NCBI GenBank assembly: GCA_050010515.1
Contig: JBEKKX010000007.1
Location: 9,068 to 73,067, forward strand
Source of the DNA: Candidatus Bathyarchaeia archaeon
GTDB taxonomy: Archaea > Thermoproteota > Bathyarchaeia > Bathyarchaeales > Bathycorpusculaceae
Length of the DNA stretch: 64,000 nt
Direction: 5' to 3'
The notes under the pieces are model-generated. The model was not told where the DNA came from, searched no databases, and saw only the letters and a list, made by a program, of their open reading frames with translations. This document shows positions 29,324 to 39,882 of the stretch, piece after piece (position 1 is the first letter of the stretch; every line of letters starts with the position of its first letter). The translations under genes were made by a program, and so were the position numbers.

Positions 29324-30427
29324 ATGATACCGATCAACATGCCGAAAATCGGCGAAGAAGAAGTTCAAGCGGTAGTTAAAGTTCTGCGAAGCGGAATGTT
29401 AACAAGCGGGCTTGGAGCTGGCCCAATGGTAACAGGGTTCGAGAAAAATTTTGCCCAATTCGCTGGCGTGAAGCATGCTGTAGCGGTTAACACTGGTACT
29501 GCCGCCTTGCACTCTGCCATTGTAGCCGTTGGTATAAAGCAAGGTGATGAAGTTATTTTGCCCAGCTTCACCTTCGTAGCCACTGCTGAAGCTGTCGTGT
29601 TAGCTGGCGGAAAACCAGTTTTCACTGATATTGATGCTGAAACTTACAATCTCTCGCCCAGTGCGGCTGAAAAGTCAATAACAAAAAAGACTAAGGCTAT
29701 ACTGCCCGTGGACTTGTACGGTTTTTCAGCTGACATGAAAACTATAAGGGAAATCGCCGAGAAGCATGAGTTAGCATTGATTGAGGATGCTGCCCAAGCG
29801 CATGGAGCAACATACGCTGGAAAACCTGCGGGAAGCTTTGCTGATGCCGCCTGCTGGAGCTTATACGCAAGCAAAAACATAACCGCAGGCGAAGGCGGAG
29901 TGATCACAACAAACAACGACCAAATAGCTGAAACATTGCGGATGATTAGGACTCATGGAGAAAAAGCAAAGTACGCATCACTTATTCTTGGAAACAACTA
30001 TCGCATGTCCGAAATACAAGCTGCAATAGGTAACGTGCAACTGGAAAAGCTGCCGTCTTTTTTGGCTAAACGCCGCCAAAACGCGCAACAACTAACAAAA
30101 ATCTTGGAAAAAAATAGCAGGCTTATTTTACCCTGTGAGTCAAAAGATCGACAGCACAGCTGGTACCTATACACCGCGAGACTGAAGGACGGCACAGAAT
30201 CAGAACGGAACAAGATTGTGGATGAACTAAAGAAAAAAGGGGTTGGCGCCGAAGTTTATTACGTTAACCCTGTTCATCAGATGCCGTTTTACCGCGAAAA
30301 CTTTGGAAGCGCTAAATTGCCTGAAACGGATAAAGCGTCGAAACAGGTTTTCTCTTTGCCAATTCATCCAGGAGTCACAGCTGAACAAGTTGATTATATA
30401 GGAAAAACTCTTCTAAGCCTCTTATAA
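29324..30427 (+). CDS. DegT/DnrJ/EryC1/StrS family aminotransferase
   Basis: GTAALH, IEDAAQAHG, SKNITAGEGG and GNNYRMSE motifs. Confidence 0.93.
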   Translation: MIPINMPKIGEEEVQAVVKVLRSGMLTSGLGAGPMVTGFEKNFAQFAGVKHAVAVNTGTAALHSAIVAVGIKQGDEVILPSFTFVATAEAVVLAGGKPVFTDIDAETYNLSPSAAEKSITKKTKAILPVDLYGFSADMKTIREIAEKHELALIEDAAQAHGATYAGKPAGSFADAACWSLYASKNITAGEGGVITTNNDQIAETLRMIRTHGEKAKYASLILGNNYRMSEIQAAIGNVQLEKLPSFLAKRRQNAQQLTKILEKNSRLILPCESKDRQHSWYLYTARLKDGTESERNKIVDELKKKGVGAEVYYVNPVHQMPFYRENFGSAKLPETDKASKQVFSLPIHPGVTAEQVDYIGKTLLSLL

Positions 30428-30551
30428 CCAGATTGGCGCTGGGTTTGTGCGATTTGCCGCGTTGCCAACTGTAAGAGTTAAATTGAACGTTGCGTTATGA
30501 ATAGCCTGTTCTGTGGGGTTTATTAGATTTTATTAAAGGAGTATGAAGTAG

Positions 30552-30941
30552 TTGAGTAATGAAGCAGCAGACGTTTCCCGTATAAAAGTTAAGTTTGTCA
30601 TAGAAGGCTTAGGTGAAGCTGAAGGTGAATTAGTCAGGTTTTTAGCGCCAAGAACCATTGACACGATCGTTCGGAAGCTTCCAGTTGAAGGCAGAGCTGC
30701 ATTATGGAAAGAAGAAGTTTATTTTGAAATACCAATTAAAATGGGTGAAGAAAAAGCTAAGCCCACTGTGGAAACTGGCACTATCGCTTTTTGGCCTATG
30801 GGCAGCGCTTTGTGCGTATTTTATGGCAAGTCACAGCCCTATAGTTCCGTGAGCATACTTGGCAAAATAACAAGTAATTTGGATGTTTTTAAGCAAGTTA
30901 AAAGTGGAATAACGATAAAGGTTGAATTGTTAACGGCTTAA
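30552..30941 (+). CDS. Cyclophilin-like fold protein
   Basis: APRT...LP, WKEEVYF and GTIAFWPMGSALCVFYG motifs. Confidence 0.8.
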   Translation: MSNEAADVSRIKVKFVIEGLGEAEGELVRFLAPRTIDTIVRKLPVEGRAALWKEEVYFEIPIKMGEEKAKPTVETGTIAFWPMGSALCVFYGKSQPYSSVSILGKITSNLDVFKQVKSGITIKVELLTA

Positions 30942-31420
30942 AAGGCTAATGAACTCTCTTTCCACAGTTGAAGCAGCCGTTCGCATTCTTCTTTTACTTT
31001 TTTGTCGCCGCTTTTATCCTTTAAAACCTGCAGGAACTCAACACGTTTAGCAACTGAGCGTTTTTCCGCGTTGCCGCCATAGTATAGTTCACCTTCCAAG
31101 TACTCTTTCATGTGATAGGCTTTTTGGATGAATAGGCTAGCGGCGTCAACGGGGTTTTCTACAGCGAACTTGTTTGCCCAGATGGCTACTTCTGTTTCGC
31201 GCAATTGAGTTATGCCGTCGATTTCCATTATTTTCCTAATGTAAGCTCTTAAAAACTCGAAGTAACCTGCCGTTTTGATTAGTTCAAGGGCTTGGTTGAT
31301 TTTTTCTTTAAAGTCTGGTGAGCCTTCAATTGTTAGGTTGTGTTTGTAGCCTGTATCGATTAGCTCTTTAGCGGTTTTTACTTCTTCAACTGTGTAAACT
31401 CTTTCTGGAAATTCTGCCAT
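30938..31420 (-). CDS. Hypothetical protein
   Basis: 160 aa from the ATG at 31420 with ggag upstream; downstream of rps25e. Confidence 0.7.
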   Translation of the reverse strand: MAEFPERVYTVEEVKTAKELIDTGYKHNLTIEGSPDFKEKINQALELIKTAGYFEFLRAYIRKIMEIDGITQLRETEVAIWANKFAVENPVDAASLFIQKAYHMKEYLEGELYYGGNAEKRSVAKRVEFLQVLKDKSGDKKVKEECERLLQLWKESSLAF

Positions 31421-31478
31421 ATGAAAACTAACTCCGAATCTAGATAAGATTAGAATAAATAATTGGTCGTTAGCAAGT

Positions 31479-31805
31479 TTAGCTTGCTGCAGGCTTGTAG
31501 ATTTTGAGGTTATGGCTTCCGGAGACGAGTTGAACTGCACCGTTTGCTTCAAGTTGTTCTAAGAAGTCTTTGGCTGTGCTAATTCGAATGTTATATCTTG
31601 TAGCTACAGCGTATGGCGTTAGAACGTTCATTTTCTTTATTTCGCCGACGATTTTTTCGTTTTTTGCGTCTGGAGCCATTATTCCTGTAGCTCTTCTTTC
31701 TTTTGGCGGTCCAGCTTTCTCTTTCTTCTTAGCTTCTTTCGTCTCGTCTTCTTTGACCTGCTGCTTCTCCATCTGCTTTATGCCGACCTTCTTTTTTCCA
31801 CCCAT
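31479..31805 (-). CDS. rps25e: 30S ribosomal protein S25e
   Basis: MGGKKK N-terminus; LTPYAVA...ISTAK winged helix; KIY C-terminus. Confidence 0.88.
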   Translation of the reverse strand: MGGKKKVGIKQMEKQQVKEDETKEAKKKEKAGPPKERRATGIMAPDAKNEKIVGEIKKMNVLTPYAVATRYNIRISTAKDFLEQLEANGAVQLVSGSHNLKIYKPAAS

Positions 31806-31839
31806 AATTTTCACTTTACTTTTTTTTGGTTCTCAACAT

Positions 31840-33330
31840 CTAGAATGGCTGACTTATTTCAACGTTATGTTTTTCTTTCCACTCTTTGATTGGAATGCCA
31901 AGTTTCTTTTCAACTTCAGTCCTGTGAATGGAGTTCATGGTACAGAATGGAATTATACGCCCATCTGGCACGGCATAGTGAATTAGGCAGCGTTGTACTC
32001 TTTCAAGGTCAAAATTATATGGGTCCATGAAATGCATGGATGAAAGCAGAATTGCCTTTCTTTGCAGGTCGCCGAGGGATTTGTAATCGCCATTTGTTAT
32101 TACGCCTAAAACGTACTTTCTTAAGAAACCGAATTTTACATGACGCATTGAAGTAACCAAGTACAGTTTAGCCTTGTTCTTGCTTCCCTTTGACGCGGTT
32201 ACGTAGACTTTGTTCATTACCCCGATGAATTTGTCGATGTTTCCGTAGCGCGTGATTGGAACGATTTTTCCCTTTTCAATTAAAAGGTAAGTTGCCATAC
32301 CGCAGTGCGGATGCGCAGTGAACTCTAAATATCGCCTGTCTTTTAGTGCGCCAACGGCTTTTGAAACTGGCACAACCGTGGGCACGGGGTAAAAGTCTGA
32401 AACTTTTATTACTCCGTTTGTTTGCTCTTCAACTTTTTTCATGAAGTCCGGGATTGTAATACGCATTTTTTCGCGATCTTTCTGTGGCAATCGCCCGCAG
32501 AGGCTGACTGGTTGAACGTTTACGCATCTTACCACGTCGAAGTTTTTGGCAGCAAAATTGATTATGTCGCCAAGTTGGTGATCATTAACCCCTTTCACCA
32601 ATGTGACGACTAATACTATGCTGTCTATTCCTGCTTGGCGAAGGTTTTCGATTGCCTTCATTTTTATGTCAAGAAGATCTACTCCACGAATGAACTTGTA
32701 AACGTCAGGTGTTAACCCGTCGAACTGCAGGTAAATGGTGCTTACTCCCGCCTCTTTGAGGTCTCGACAGTAATCTACGCTTTGCGAAAGTCGAAGACCG
32801 TTCGTATTAATCTCCACGTGGCTGAAGCCGAGCTCTTTTGCTTTTCGAACAAAGTCGAAGAGGTCTTTGCGTATCGTGGGTTCTCCACCAGAGAACTGAA
32901 GCGCCGTGGCTGGCACTGGCTTGTTGGCTCGAAGGTTCTCTAGCATTCCAGTGATTTGCTCTTCAGTAGGTTCATAAACGTATCCTGCCGCTGAGGCGTT
33001 CGCGAAGCAAATAGGGCAGGTAAGGTTGCACCTGTTTGTGACATCGATTATTGCGAGGGCGGTGTGAGATTTGTGTTCGGGGCAAATGCCGCAGTCGTAT
33101 GGGCACCCGTTCTTTTTCTCGGTTCGAGGGTTGCTTACTCCTTCGCCGTCATAGCGGAATTTTTCTGCCCGCATGTATTGATCATAATCCGACCAGTAAA
33201 GTTCTTGAAAAGCCCCATGCTCAGCGCACTCTTTTTTGATAAAGACTTTGCCCTCGTCTTCAAAAATGGTTGCATCTATAACCTTTAGGCATTCAGGGCA
33301 AATGCTTCTTGTGGTTTTGATATCTTTCAA
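31840..33330 (-). CDS. tes: Radical SAM tetraether lipid synthase (Tes / MJ0619-like)
   Basis: N-terminal CPEC...CxEHG, CPYDCGICPEH, CNLTCPICFA radical SAM motif, HPHCG, and RCLIHYAVPDGRIIPFC. Confidence 0.85.
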   Translation of the reverse strand: MKDIKTTRSICPECLKVIDATIFEDEGKVFIKKECAEHGAFQELYWSDYDQYMRAEKFRYDGEGVSNPRTEKKNGCPYDCGICPEHKSHTALAIIDVTNRCNLTCPICFANASAAGYVYEPTEEQITGMLENLRANKPVPATALQFSGGEPTIRKDLFDFVRKAKELGFSHVEINTNGLRLSQSVDYCRDLKEAGVSTIYLQFDGLTPDVYKFIRGVDLLDIKMKAIENLRQAGIDSIVLVVTLVKGVNDHQLGDIINFAAKNFDVVRCVNVQPVSLCGRLPQKDREKMRITIPDFMKKVEEQTNGVIKVSDFYPVPTVVPVSKAVGALKDRRYLEFTAHPHCGMATYLLIEKGKIVPITRYGNIDKFIGVMNKVYVTASKGSKNKAKLYLVTSMRHVKFGFLRKYVLGVITNGDYKSLGDLQRKAILLSSMHFMDPYNFDLERVQRCLIHYAVPDGRIIPFCTMNSIHRTEVEKKLGIPIKEWKEKHNVEISQPF

Positions 33331-33433
33331 TTTTTTTGCCTTCTTGCATCTAAACGTTTTTCGAAGTGCTTAAGAGCATAAGTGTTGATAATAAGGTTTC
33401 CAAACGTTTCCTAAGGTGATTGAGGGGGAAAAG

Positions 33434-34186
33434 ATGTCAATTAACGAGAACACTCGGGCTACTTTGCGAGAAATGGGCCTAAACGCCTACGAAATTGATG
33501 CTTACATAGTTTTGCTGGAAGGGGGGCAAATGACAGCGATGGAGATAAGCCAAGAAGCCAAAGTGCCCTACAGCAAAATGTATGAAGTACTCAACTCGCT
33601 TAAAGAAAAGGGCTGGATTAAAAGCAGCGAAAGCCGACCATTCAAGTACTATCCAGTACCGCCACTCGAAGCAACAAGGTTCACGAAGTTGCGGCTGGAA
33701 GACAAATACTTGAACTGGGAAAACACCGTTGCTCAAGAACTACAGCCCCTATATGAAAAACGAGAACTCGTTGAGCGACCAGACATGCTGATACTGCGCG
33801 GGCAACAAGCAGTTTTAACTAAGGTTGAAGTGGTTCTAAAGAACGCTACAAAAGAAATCGTGATTGCAGCACCAGAATTCGCAAAACCAATAATCGCCAT
33901 GGTTGAACCGTTGCTGGGGAGCGGTTTGAAGAAAACGGTCAGGGTTAAGCTTATGGCGGCGGGAAAAAAGGAAGATTGGCTTTTCATAAAAAAATACCCT
34001 GGCTTAAGTGAGCTGCGAATCAGAGATCATATGTTCGGCGGCGGCATAATTGCTGACGGCAAAGAAGCCATGCTTTTCCTAGGGGAAGACAAACCAAGCC
34101 TCGTTATATGGAGCAATCACGTAGGCTTGATAGGTTTCGCGCGAGAATACTTCCAGTTCCTCTGGGACTCCTCAGCAACCGCTTAA
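33434..34186 (+). CDS. TrmB family transcriptional regulator
   Basis: GLNAYE...Y, VPYSKMYEVLNSLKEKG HTH, RPFKY. Confidence 0.9.
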   Translation: MSINENTRATLREMGLNAYEIDAYIVLLEGGQMTAMEISQEAKVPYSKMYEVLNSLKEKGWIKSSESRPFKYYPVPPLEATRFTKLRLEDKYLNWENTVAQELQPLYEKRELVERPDMLILRGQQAVLTKVEVVLKNATKEIVIAAPEFAKPIIAMVEPLLGSGLKKTVRVKLMAAGKKEDWLFIKKYPGLSELRIRDHMFGGGIIADGKEAMLFLGEDKPSLVIWSNHVGLIGFAREYFQFLWDSSATA

Positions 34187-34331
34187 AAAAAGCCTTTCAC
34201 TCTTAACAAAAACTAAACTGCCTGCCATAATAAAGCGCTTTATTCAAGGAGGCTAAAGTTCCTTCCGAGCACTGGAGCGCAAACAACTTTAACAAAAAAG
34301 AAGAAAAGGGAGAGAACTTGTTATTAGATTA

Positions 34332-34553
34332 CTATTTTCCCATGACTTTTCTAGCGGCGATCTCTATATCTTCTGCTTTGATGGTTTTTCTTCCAGCATG
34401 CATAGCATAATCCAGTGCTTCTTTAGCAATCTTTACGCCGATTTCTTCAAGTGCCTTTGCAAGTTCCTTTGCTGCTGCTTCGCTCACCCTGTCAGCACCG
34501 GCTTTCTTACATAACCTGTGCATGGGAGCTACGGCTATTTCTAATTCAGTCAT
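34332..34553 (-). CDS. Archaeal histone
   Basis: [14 protein letters not shown]...[12 protein letters not shown]. Confidence 0.95.
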   Translation of the reverse strand: MTELEIAVAPMHRLCKKAGADRVSEAAAKELAKALEEIGVKIAKEALDYAMHAGRKTIKAEDIEIAARKVMGK

Positions 34554-34698
34554 AACGACTACTCCTAGCCTCTTTTTCTTTTTAAAGAAATATTTAACCT
34601 TTGTTATCGCTTTTTCCTCTAAATATTGGCTTACATGGAACTTGATTTAAACAAAGAAAATTATAAAACGTCCAATCGTGATAATAGCGCTGAGAAAA

Positions 34699-35472
34699 AT
34701 GAAGCTAATAGACGCCCACATCCACCTCTCCGACGCAGATTACAACGGTCACATTGATGAATTGATAGCGGATGCAAAAAACGCAGGCGTAACAGCACTT
34801 GTAACAAATTCAATTGATTTAAAAACCTGTCAAAGCGACCTTAAGCTAGCAGAAAAATACCCAGACTTAGTTTATCCCGCTTTAGGGATTCACCCATGGA
34901 ACGTAAACGTTCTTAAAGAAAATGAACTTGAAGAAACTATAGATTTAATTCAAAAACAAAAAAACGCAGTTAAAGCCATAGGTGAAATCGGCTTAGACTG
35001 CAAGTATGAAACCATTTGGGAAAAACAAACGATGGTTTTCGACGAAATGCTTCATCTTGCCGAATCGCTTGACCTTCCAGTAATTATACATTCACGCGGA
35101 ACAACCGACAAAGTAGTAGACATGCTTCCCTCATACCATCTTAAGCGGGTGCTGCTGCATTGGTTTAGCTACCCGATGAGCGCACTTTATAGAGCTATGG
35201 ACAATGGATACTTTATCACTGAAGGTCCGCCAGCAACCTATTCTAACGGCATCCGCGAAGTCATAGAGAAAGTGCCACTAACAAACCTTTTAACAGAAAC
35301 GGATGGTCCAGTGACATATTGGAAAAGCCCTTACAATGGACAATTAACCAAGCCTTCATTCATACGTAACGTAGTTGAAGCAGTAGCTGAAATCAAGAAA
35401 ATGCAAGTTGATAACGTTGCCGAGCAAATAGCAAAAAACTTTGAAGTTTTCTTCAACATAAAACTAACTTAA
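34699..35472 (+). CDS. tatD: TatD family hydrolase
   Basis: DAHIH, GIHP, IGEIGLD, IIHSR and LTETDGP motifs. Confidence 0.93.
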   Translation: MKLIDAHIHLSDADYNGHIDELIADAKNAGVTALVTNSIDLKTCQSDLKLAEKYPDLVYPALGIHPWNVNVLKENELEETIDLIQKQKNAVKAIGEIGLDCKYETIWEKQTMVFDEMLHLAESLDLPVIIHSRGTTDKVVDMLPSYHLKRVLLHWFSYPMSALYRAMDNGYFITEGPPATYSNGIREVIEKVPLTNLLTETDGPVTYWKSPYNGQLTKPSFIRNVVEAVAEIKKMQVDNVAEQIAKNFEVFFNIKLT

Positions 35473-35633
35473 CTCTTTACTTTACCCTCAACAGTTTACC
35501 TCACGATTTATCGGTCAGTTAAAAGGCTTAATTAATAAGCGTAAACTTAAATTAAACTTATCATCTATTGAGAATTGTTCCTACGTTTTCAAGCGTCGGA
35601 CACTAAAACATTGATGACTCGAGGAATTGAAAT

Positions 35634-35867
35634 TTGGGAAAAGTTAAGACTGACCAGGTTAAACGAGCCGGCAAAACACTAATGGAACGTTTTCCAGAAA
35701 AATTTACCAACAAATTTGACGAGAACAAGCGTTTAGTTGACTCTTTAACGCAGGGAACAACCACGCGAGTGAGAAATCAGATTGCTGGATACATAACCCG
35801 CACCTTATCATCAGCTCAAGCTAACTCTTCAACTGATTCTGCCGTTGAAGAAGAAGAACCAGAATAA
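35634..35867 (+). CDS. rps17e: 30S ribosomal protein S17e
   Basis: MGKVK..VKR, FDENK and VRNQIAGYIT motifs. Confidence 0.95.
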   Translation: MGKVKTDQVKRAGKTLMERFPEKFTNKFDENKRLVDSLTQGTTTRVRNQIAGYITRTLSSAQANSSTDSAVEEEEPE

Positions 35868-35893
35868 ACAGTCAATTTAGGATAAGAAACCTC

Positions 35894-36271
35894 ATGATGG
35901 ATGAATATAGGAAAGGATGGGCACTAAGGTACCTTCGTGAAGCAAAAGCCGAATTGGAAGCTGCGCGAAAAATACCTTACATGGCACCAGGCTTGGTTTT
36001 GGAAGCAATCAGAAAAGCACGAAACGCCATATACTACAGTTTTGGGGAACCCGCCTTCATAGAAATACTCCTCCGAGAAGAGGTAATGAAAAACCCGCTT
36101 ACGAATGATTCAATTCTGCGTTTTCTAATTGAACTCGAAAGCGTCATACAACAAATATCACAATTAGAAGAAGTAAACAGTGACGCAATGATGAAACAGG
36201 CCGATTCAATCGTTGAAATAGCAACCGACATCGTAGAAACATTAACAGAAGAAAGATTCCAAAACTTTTAA
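35894..36271 (+). CDS. Hypothetical helical protein
   Basis: 125 aa ORF co-directional with its neighbours. Confidence 0.65.
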   Translation: MMDEYRKGWALRYLREAKAELEAARKIPYMAPGLVLEAIRKARNAIYYSFGEPAFIEILLREEVMKNPLTNDSILRFLIELESVIQQISQLEEVNSDAMMKQADSIVEIATDIVETLTEERFQNF

Positions 36272-36325
36272 GCTTAAACTAAAAAGCGCACAAAAAATTT
36301 TTAACCAAAAATAATTTATAAACAT

Positions 36326-36625
36326 ATGAACGGAAGAAAACAAATGCCCTTAACGTTAAAGTTCATCGGTGCACTTCGGCAAATTTCAGGAAAAACACAA
36401 TTAACTGTTAACTTCCAAGAAGGAATGTCACTAAAAGACTTAATAACAAAAATCAGCCGAGAAATGCCACAGCTAGATAAAACCTTCAGCGACCAACTCA
36501 ATGATTCGAGATCAAACGCACTGGTGCTCATTAATGGCAGGGAAATCAGTGTTCTAAACGGTTTAGAAACCAAATTAAATGAAGGAGACGAAATCGTCTT
36601 TATCCCAGTCGTTCATGGCGGTTAA
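36326..36625 (+). CDS. MoaD/ThiS/SAMP ubiquitin-like sulfur carrier
   Basis: VLINGRE...L.EGDEIVFIPVVHGG with terminal GG. Confidence 0.9.
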   Translation: MNGRKQMPLTLKFIGALRQISGKTQLTVNFQEGMSLKDLITKISREMPQLDKTFSDQLNDSRSNALVLINGREISVLNGLETKLNEGDEIVFIPVVHGG

Positions 36626-36631
36626 CTCTAA

Positions 36632-37411
36632 ATGATAACTTTGACTAGCGACTTTGGGCTAAAAGACCCTTACGTTGCAGAAATGAAAGGAGTAATTTTA
36701 ACCATAAACCCAAAAGCAATGCTAATCGACATAACACACGAAGTTGAAAAATTTAACATTCGAATGGCTGCTTTCATGTTGGCGTCGGCTACACAATACT
36801 TTCCACAAGGCACCATTCACTTGGCAGTTGTAGACCCAGGGGTTGGCGCACAAAGACGCGCCATATTAATACAGACTAAGAAGAGCTTTTTTGTTGGACC
36901 TGATAATGGCATTTTGATTTTAGCCGCCCAAAATCAGGGTATTGAACATGTATACCAGCTTACAAATCACATGTTTATGCTTGATAAAATTTCCAGCACG
37001 TTCCATGGCAGAGACATTTTTGCGCCAGCAGCAGCTCACTTAGACAAAGGAATACAGCCAAGAGAATTTGGACCAGAAATAAAAGACCTAACCAAACCTG
37101 AATTCGTCTCTGTCAAACAAACAAGTAGCTCTCTAATCGGCGAAGTCATGCACATAGACGGCTTCGGCAACATAATAACTAACATAAACGAAAAATACAT
37201 GGTCCAAAACCATGCTGAAAAAGTCAACGTAGATTTACTTGACATTTCGCTAAAACTTACGCTCGGCAAAACCTACGCCGAAACAAAGCCTAAAGAACCT
37301 ATTGCTCTAATTGGAAGCCATGGTTTCGTGGAGATAGCCCTAAACCAAGGTAACGCAGCGGAAAAGTTTCATGCGAAAGCTGGAGATAAAATCGTAGTTA
37401 CGGCTGCTTAA
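36632..37411 (+). CDS. SAM hydroxide adenosyltransferase (DUF62)
   Basis: ITLTSDFG, VVDPGVG, GPDNG, STFHGRDIF and IDGFGN motifs. Confidence 0.92.
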   Translation: MITLTSDFGLKDPYVAEMKGVILTINPKAMLIDITHEVEKFNIRMAAFMLASATQYFPQGTIHLAVVDPGVGAQRRAILIQTKKSFFVGPDNGILILAAQNQGIEHVYQLTNHMFMLDKISSTFHGRDIFAPAAAHLDKGIQPREFGPEIKDLTKPEFVSVKQTSSSLIGEVMHIDGFGNIITNINEKYMVQNHAEKVNVDLLDISLKLTLGKTYAETKPKEPIALIGSHGFVEIALNQGNAAEKFHAKAGDKIVVTAA

Positions 37412-38381
37412 AACTGTCTACAACTTTTTCGATTACATCAACAGGGTCCTCTAATTTTGCTAGCTCGCTTTGCACATCGAATCTTTTGCCAAGATACTTC
37501 TTCGCATACCCAAGCACTTCTTGCTCTGTTGTAGCAAAAAGTGGAAAGCCTTTCTTAGTCAGATACGCGTTAACGTAAGTTTTAGCCATATCAGAAATAG
37601 CTATGCTGGGAACACCTTGAAGGGCTGCTTCCCTCGCGATAGTTCCTCCATAACTGACAACCAAATCAGCATTCGCAACCAACCTTGCTGAATCCACAAA
37701 GCTTTCCTTAACTCCGAACGTTTTGCCTTGGCCGCTGTATCTTTGGATAAAATGTACATTCCCCAACTTGGAAAGTTTGTCTGCAAGGACCTGTGCAACA
37801 TCTTGCTTTCCCCTTGCATAGGCTGCTTTTGTTTCGATTTGTCTAATAACTATCAAAGGCTTCTCTAACCCCTCAATTTTTGAAGGCTTAAAATCCTTGA
37901 TCCAGGCAACTTCGTCTACTCCTTTGAACTGGGCAATATTTTTGGCGCAATGTTCCTTCACAAAACGCTTAGGCAAAGCCTCAGACACAACAACCGTGTG
38001 CGCAAAAGGTATCGTTAGCCTGTTGACCGCTGTAGCGTAAGGTGTATCGGCCGTCAAAATTATTGGGATTCCTAAACCAAAAGCGGTTCGGCAAAGCTCA
38101 ACCGATTGATGCGCTATGGCAATGTCCGGAGGATCATCCTTGAAGAGCTTAGAAAACTCTATTATTCGTTCAGCGCTCTCTTCCAGCCTTGAGAAAAGCG
38201 TTGACGGGTTGTATTTGCCCACGACGATAGGTTTTTCTCCAAGAATCTTCGCTAAAGGTAACGTGTCGGGGTGCTCACGGGTTGTAAAAACAAACTCGTG
38301 CCCTGATTTCCTAAGGCGCTGTGCAATAGCTGTGCCATACCTGACATGCTTGCCGGTGCAGGCGTCATACCATATTTTCAT
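37398..38381 (-). CDS. DUF354 family protein (GT-B fold)
   Basis: MKIWYD...KH N-terminus; GGTIAREAALQGVPSI. Confidence 0.82.
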   Translation of the reverse strand: MKIWYDACTGKHVRYGTAIAQRLRKSGHEFVFTTREHPDTLPLAKILGEKPIVVGKYNPSTLFSRLEESAERIIEFSKLFKDDPPDIAIAHQSVELCRTAFGLGIPIILTADTPYATAVNRLTIPFAHTVVVSEALPKRFVKEHCAKNIAQFKGVDEVAWIKDFKPSKIEGLEKPLIVIRQIETKAAYARGKQDVAQVLADKLSKLGNVHFIQRYSGQGKTFGVKESFVDSARLVANADLVVSYGGTIAREAALQGVPSIAISDMAKTYVNAYLTKKGFPLFATTEQEVLGYAKKYLGKRFDVQSELAKLEDPVDVIEKVVDSFKQP

Positions 38382-38890
38382 TTGTTCACCTTGCGTTTTG
38401 CCGCTATGAAACCGTCGCGTTTTGCTTCATATTCTTCTAAAGTCATTACCACAGTAGCTGGAACGCCGGTTGCCACTGTTCTCGGAGGCACATTTTTGGT
38501 GACGACGCTTCCTCCGCCAATCACGGCTTTCTCTCCTATAGTCACGTCTGGTAGTACGGTGACGCCTCCGCCGATTACAGCGTTGTCTTTGATGATTGGT
38601 GGCGTCATGAAAGAGCTCTTTGGATACTTGTCATTTAGAAGTGAACTGTTGGGAGCGATAAACACGTTGTTGCCCAGTACGCAGCCGTTCGAAATGGTTA
38701 CGTGCGCTTGTATATTGCAGTTTTTGCCTAAAACTACGTTTTTGCCTATATCACAAAAGCTTCCGATGATGGTTCCGTCGCCGATTTTTGTGTTATCGCC
38801 TATTACAACATAATTCCAAATGGCGACGTTTTTGCCTATTTCTACGTTGGCGCCTGTAACTATGCCCGTGCCCTTCTTTGGATTCAGCAT
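38378..38890 (-). CDS. Hexapeptide-repeat acyltransferase (sugar N-acetyltransferase-like)
   Basis: IG.N hexapeptide repeats, NDKYP and GSVVTKNVP motifs. Confidence 0.88.
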   Translation of the reverse strand: MLNPKKGTGIVTGANVEIGKNVAIWNYVVIGDNTKIGDGTIIGSFCDIGKNVVLGKNCNIQAHVTISNGCVLGNNVFIAPNSSLLNDKYPKSSFMTPPIIKDNAVIGGGVTVLPDVTIGEKAVIGGGSVVTKNVPPRTVATGVPATVVMTLEEYEAKRDGFIAAKRKVNK

Positions 38891-38947
38891 AAACTGTTCT
38901 TTCGGGCTCCAGATTTAAATAGTTTAACTTTAATTTGACTTCCAACG

Positions 38948-39841
38948 ATGGAGGCAAGCGTGTTGACTAAAGAGACAGTTCTGATTATAGGTTTAGGCGA
39001 AATCGGACACACCCTTTTTGCGTTGTTTAATGATGCGAAAAAGAGTTTTGATGTTTACGGCTTGGATTTGGATCAAACAAAAATGCAAGAGCTGGGTCAA
39101 AGCAGAAAAAATGTTCCAGACCGAATAGACACAATGCACATTTGTCTTTCATGCAGTAATCAACAAAACTTTGCAGACATAACTGTTGGCTACGTTGAAG
39201 AGTTTAAGCCAAAACTCACAATCATTGACAGCACTGTTCCTCCGGGAACAACAATGAAAGTTGCTCAAAGATGCAAGTGTCTTGTGGCGCATTCGCCATC
39301 GCGCGGCGTGCATAAAAGTGCTGTGTATATGAAGTGGGAAATGAGGCGTTGGACCAAATATGTGGGCGGCGCGAACCCGGAGGCCGCAAAAGCAGCACGT
39401 GCCCATTTTGAGAAAATAGGCCTAAAAGTAAAGGTTCTCAAAAGCTGTACTGAAACGGAGTTGGCTAAGCTTTTTGAGACTACATATCGCGCCTGGATGA
39501 TTGCATGTTTTCAAGAGATGCATCGCATTTCCAAGGCTTTTGGCGCTGATTTTGACGAAACAGTTGATTTCATTGAGGATACCCATCGTTTGAGGTTTGA
39601 TAGGCCTGTTATGTTTCCAGATGTGATTGGGGGTCACTGCTTGATACCGAACACTGAATTGCTGTTGAAGGCTTATGACTCAGAGTTTTTGCGGCTGATT
39701 TTGAAGTCGAATGAGAAACGAAAAAAAGAAGTTGAAGACAAAACGGTTAAAGCGGAAGTTCAGAAAGTTGCAGCGAGAGCTGAAGCTTTAGAGAAAGAAC
39801 TTACAGGGCAAAAGAGCAGGTCTCAAAAAGAATGCGCATAA
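38948..39841 (+). CDS. UDP-glucose/GDP-mannose dehydrogenase family protein (short form)
   Basis: IIGLGEIG, STVPPGTT, ELAKL and IGGHCLIPN motifs. Confidence 0.85.
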   Translation: MEASVLTKETVLIIGLGEIGHTLFALFNDAKKSFDVYGLDLDQTKMQELGQSRKNVPDRIDTMHICLSCSNQQNFADITVGYVEEFKPKLTIIDSTVPPGTTMKVAQRCKCLVAHSPSRGVHKSAVYMKWEMRRWTKYVGGANPEAAKAARAHFEKIGLKVKVLKSCTETELAKLFETTYRAWMIACFQEMHRISKAFGADFDETVDFIEDTHRLRFDRPVMFPDVIGGHCLIPNTELLLKAYDSEFLRLILKSNEKRKKEVEDKTVKAEVQKVAARAEALEKELTGQKSRSQKECA

Positions 39842-39882
39842 CCTATTCCGATAGTATTTTTTACTTGGAAAGCCGCTTTAAT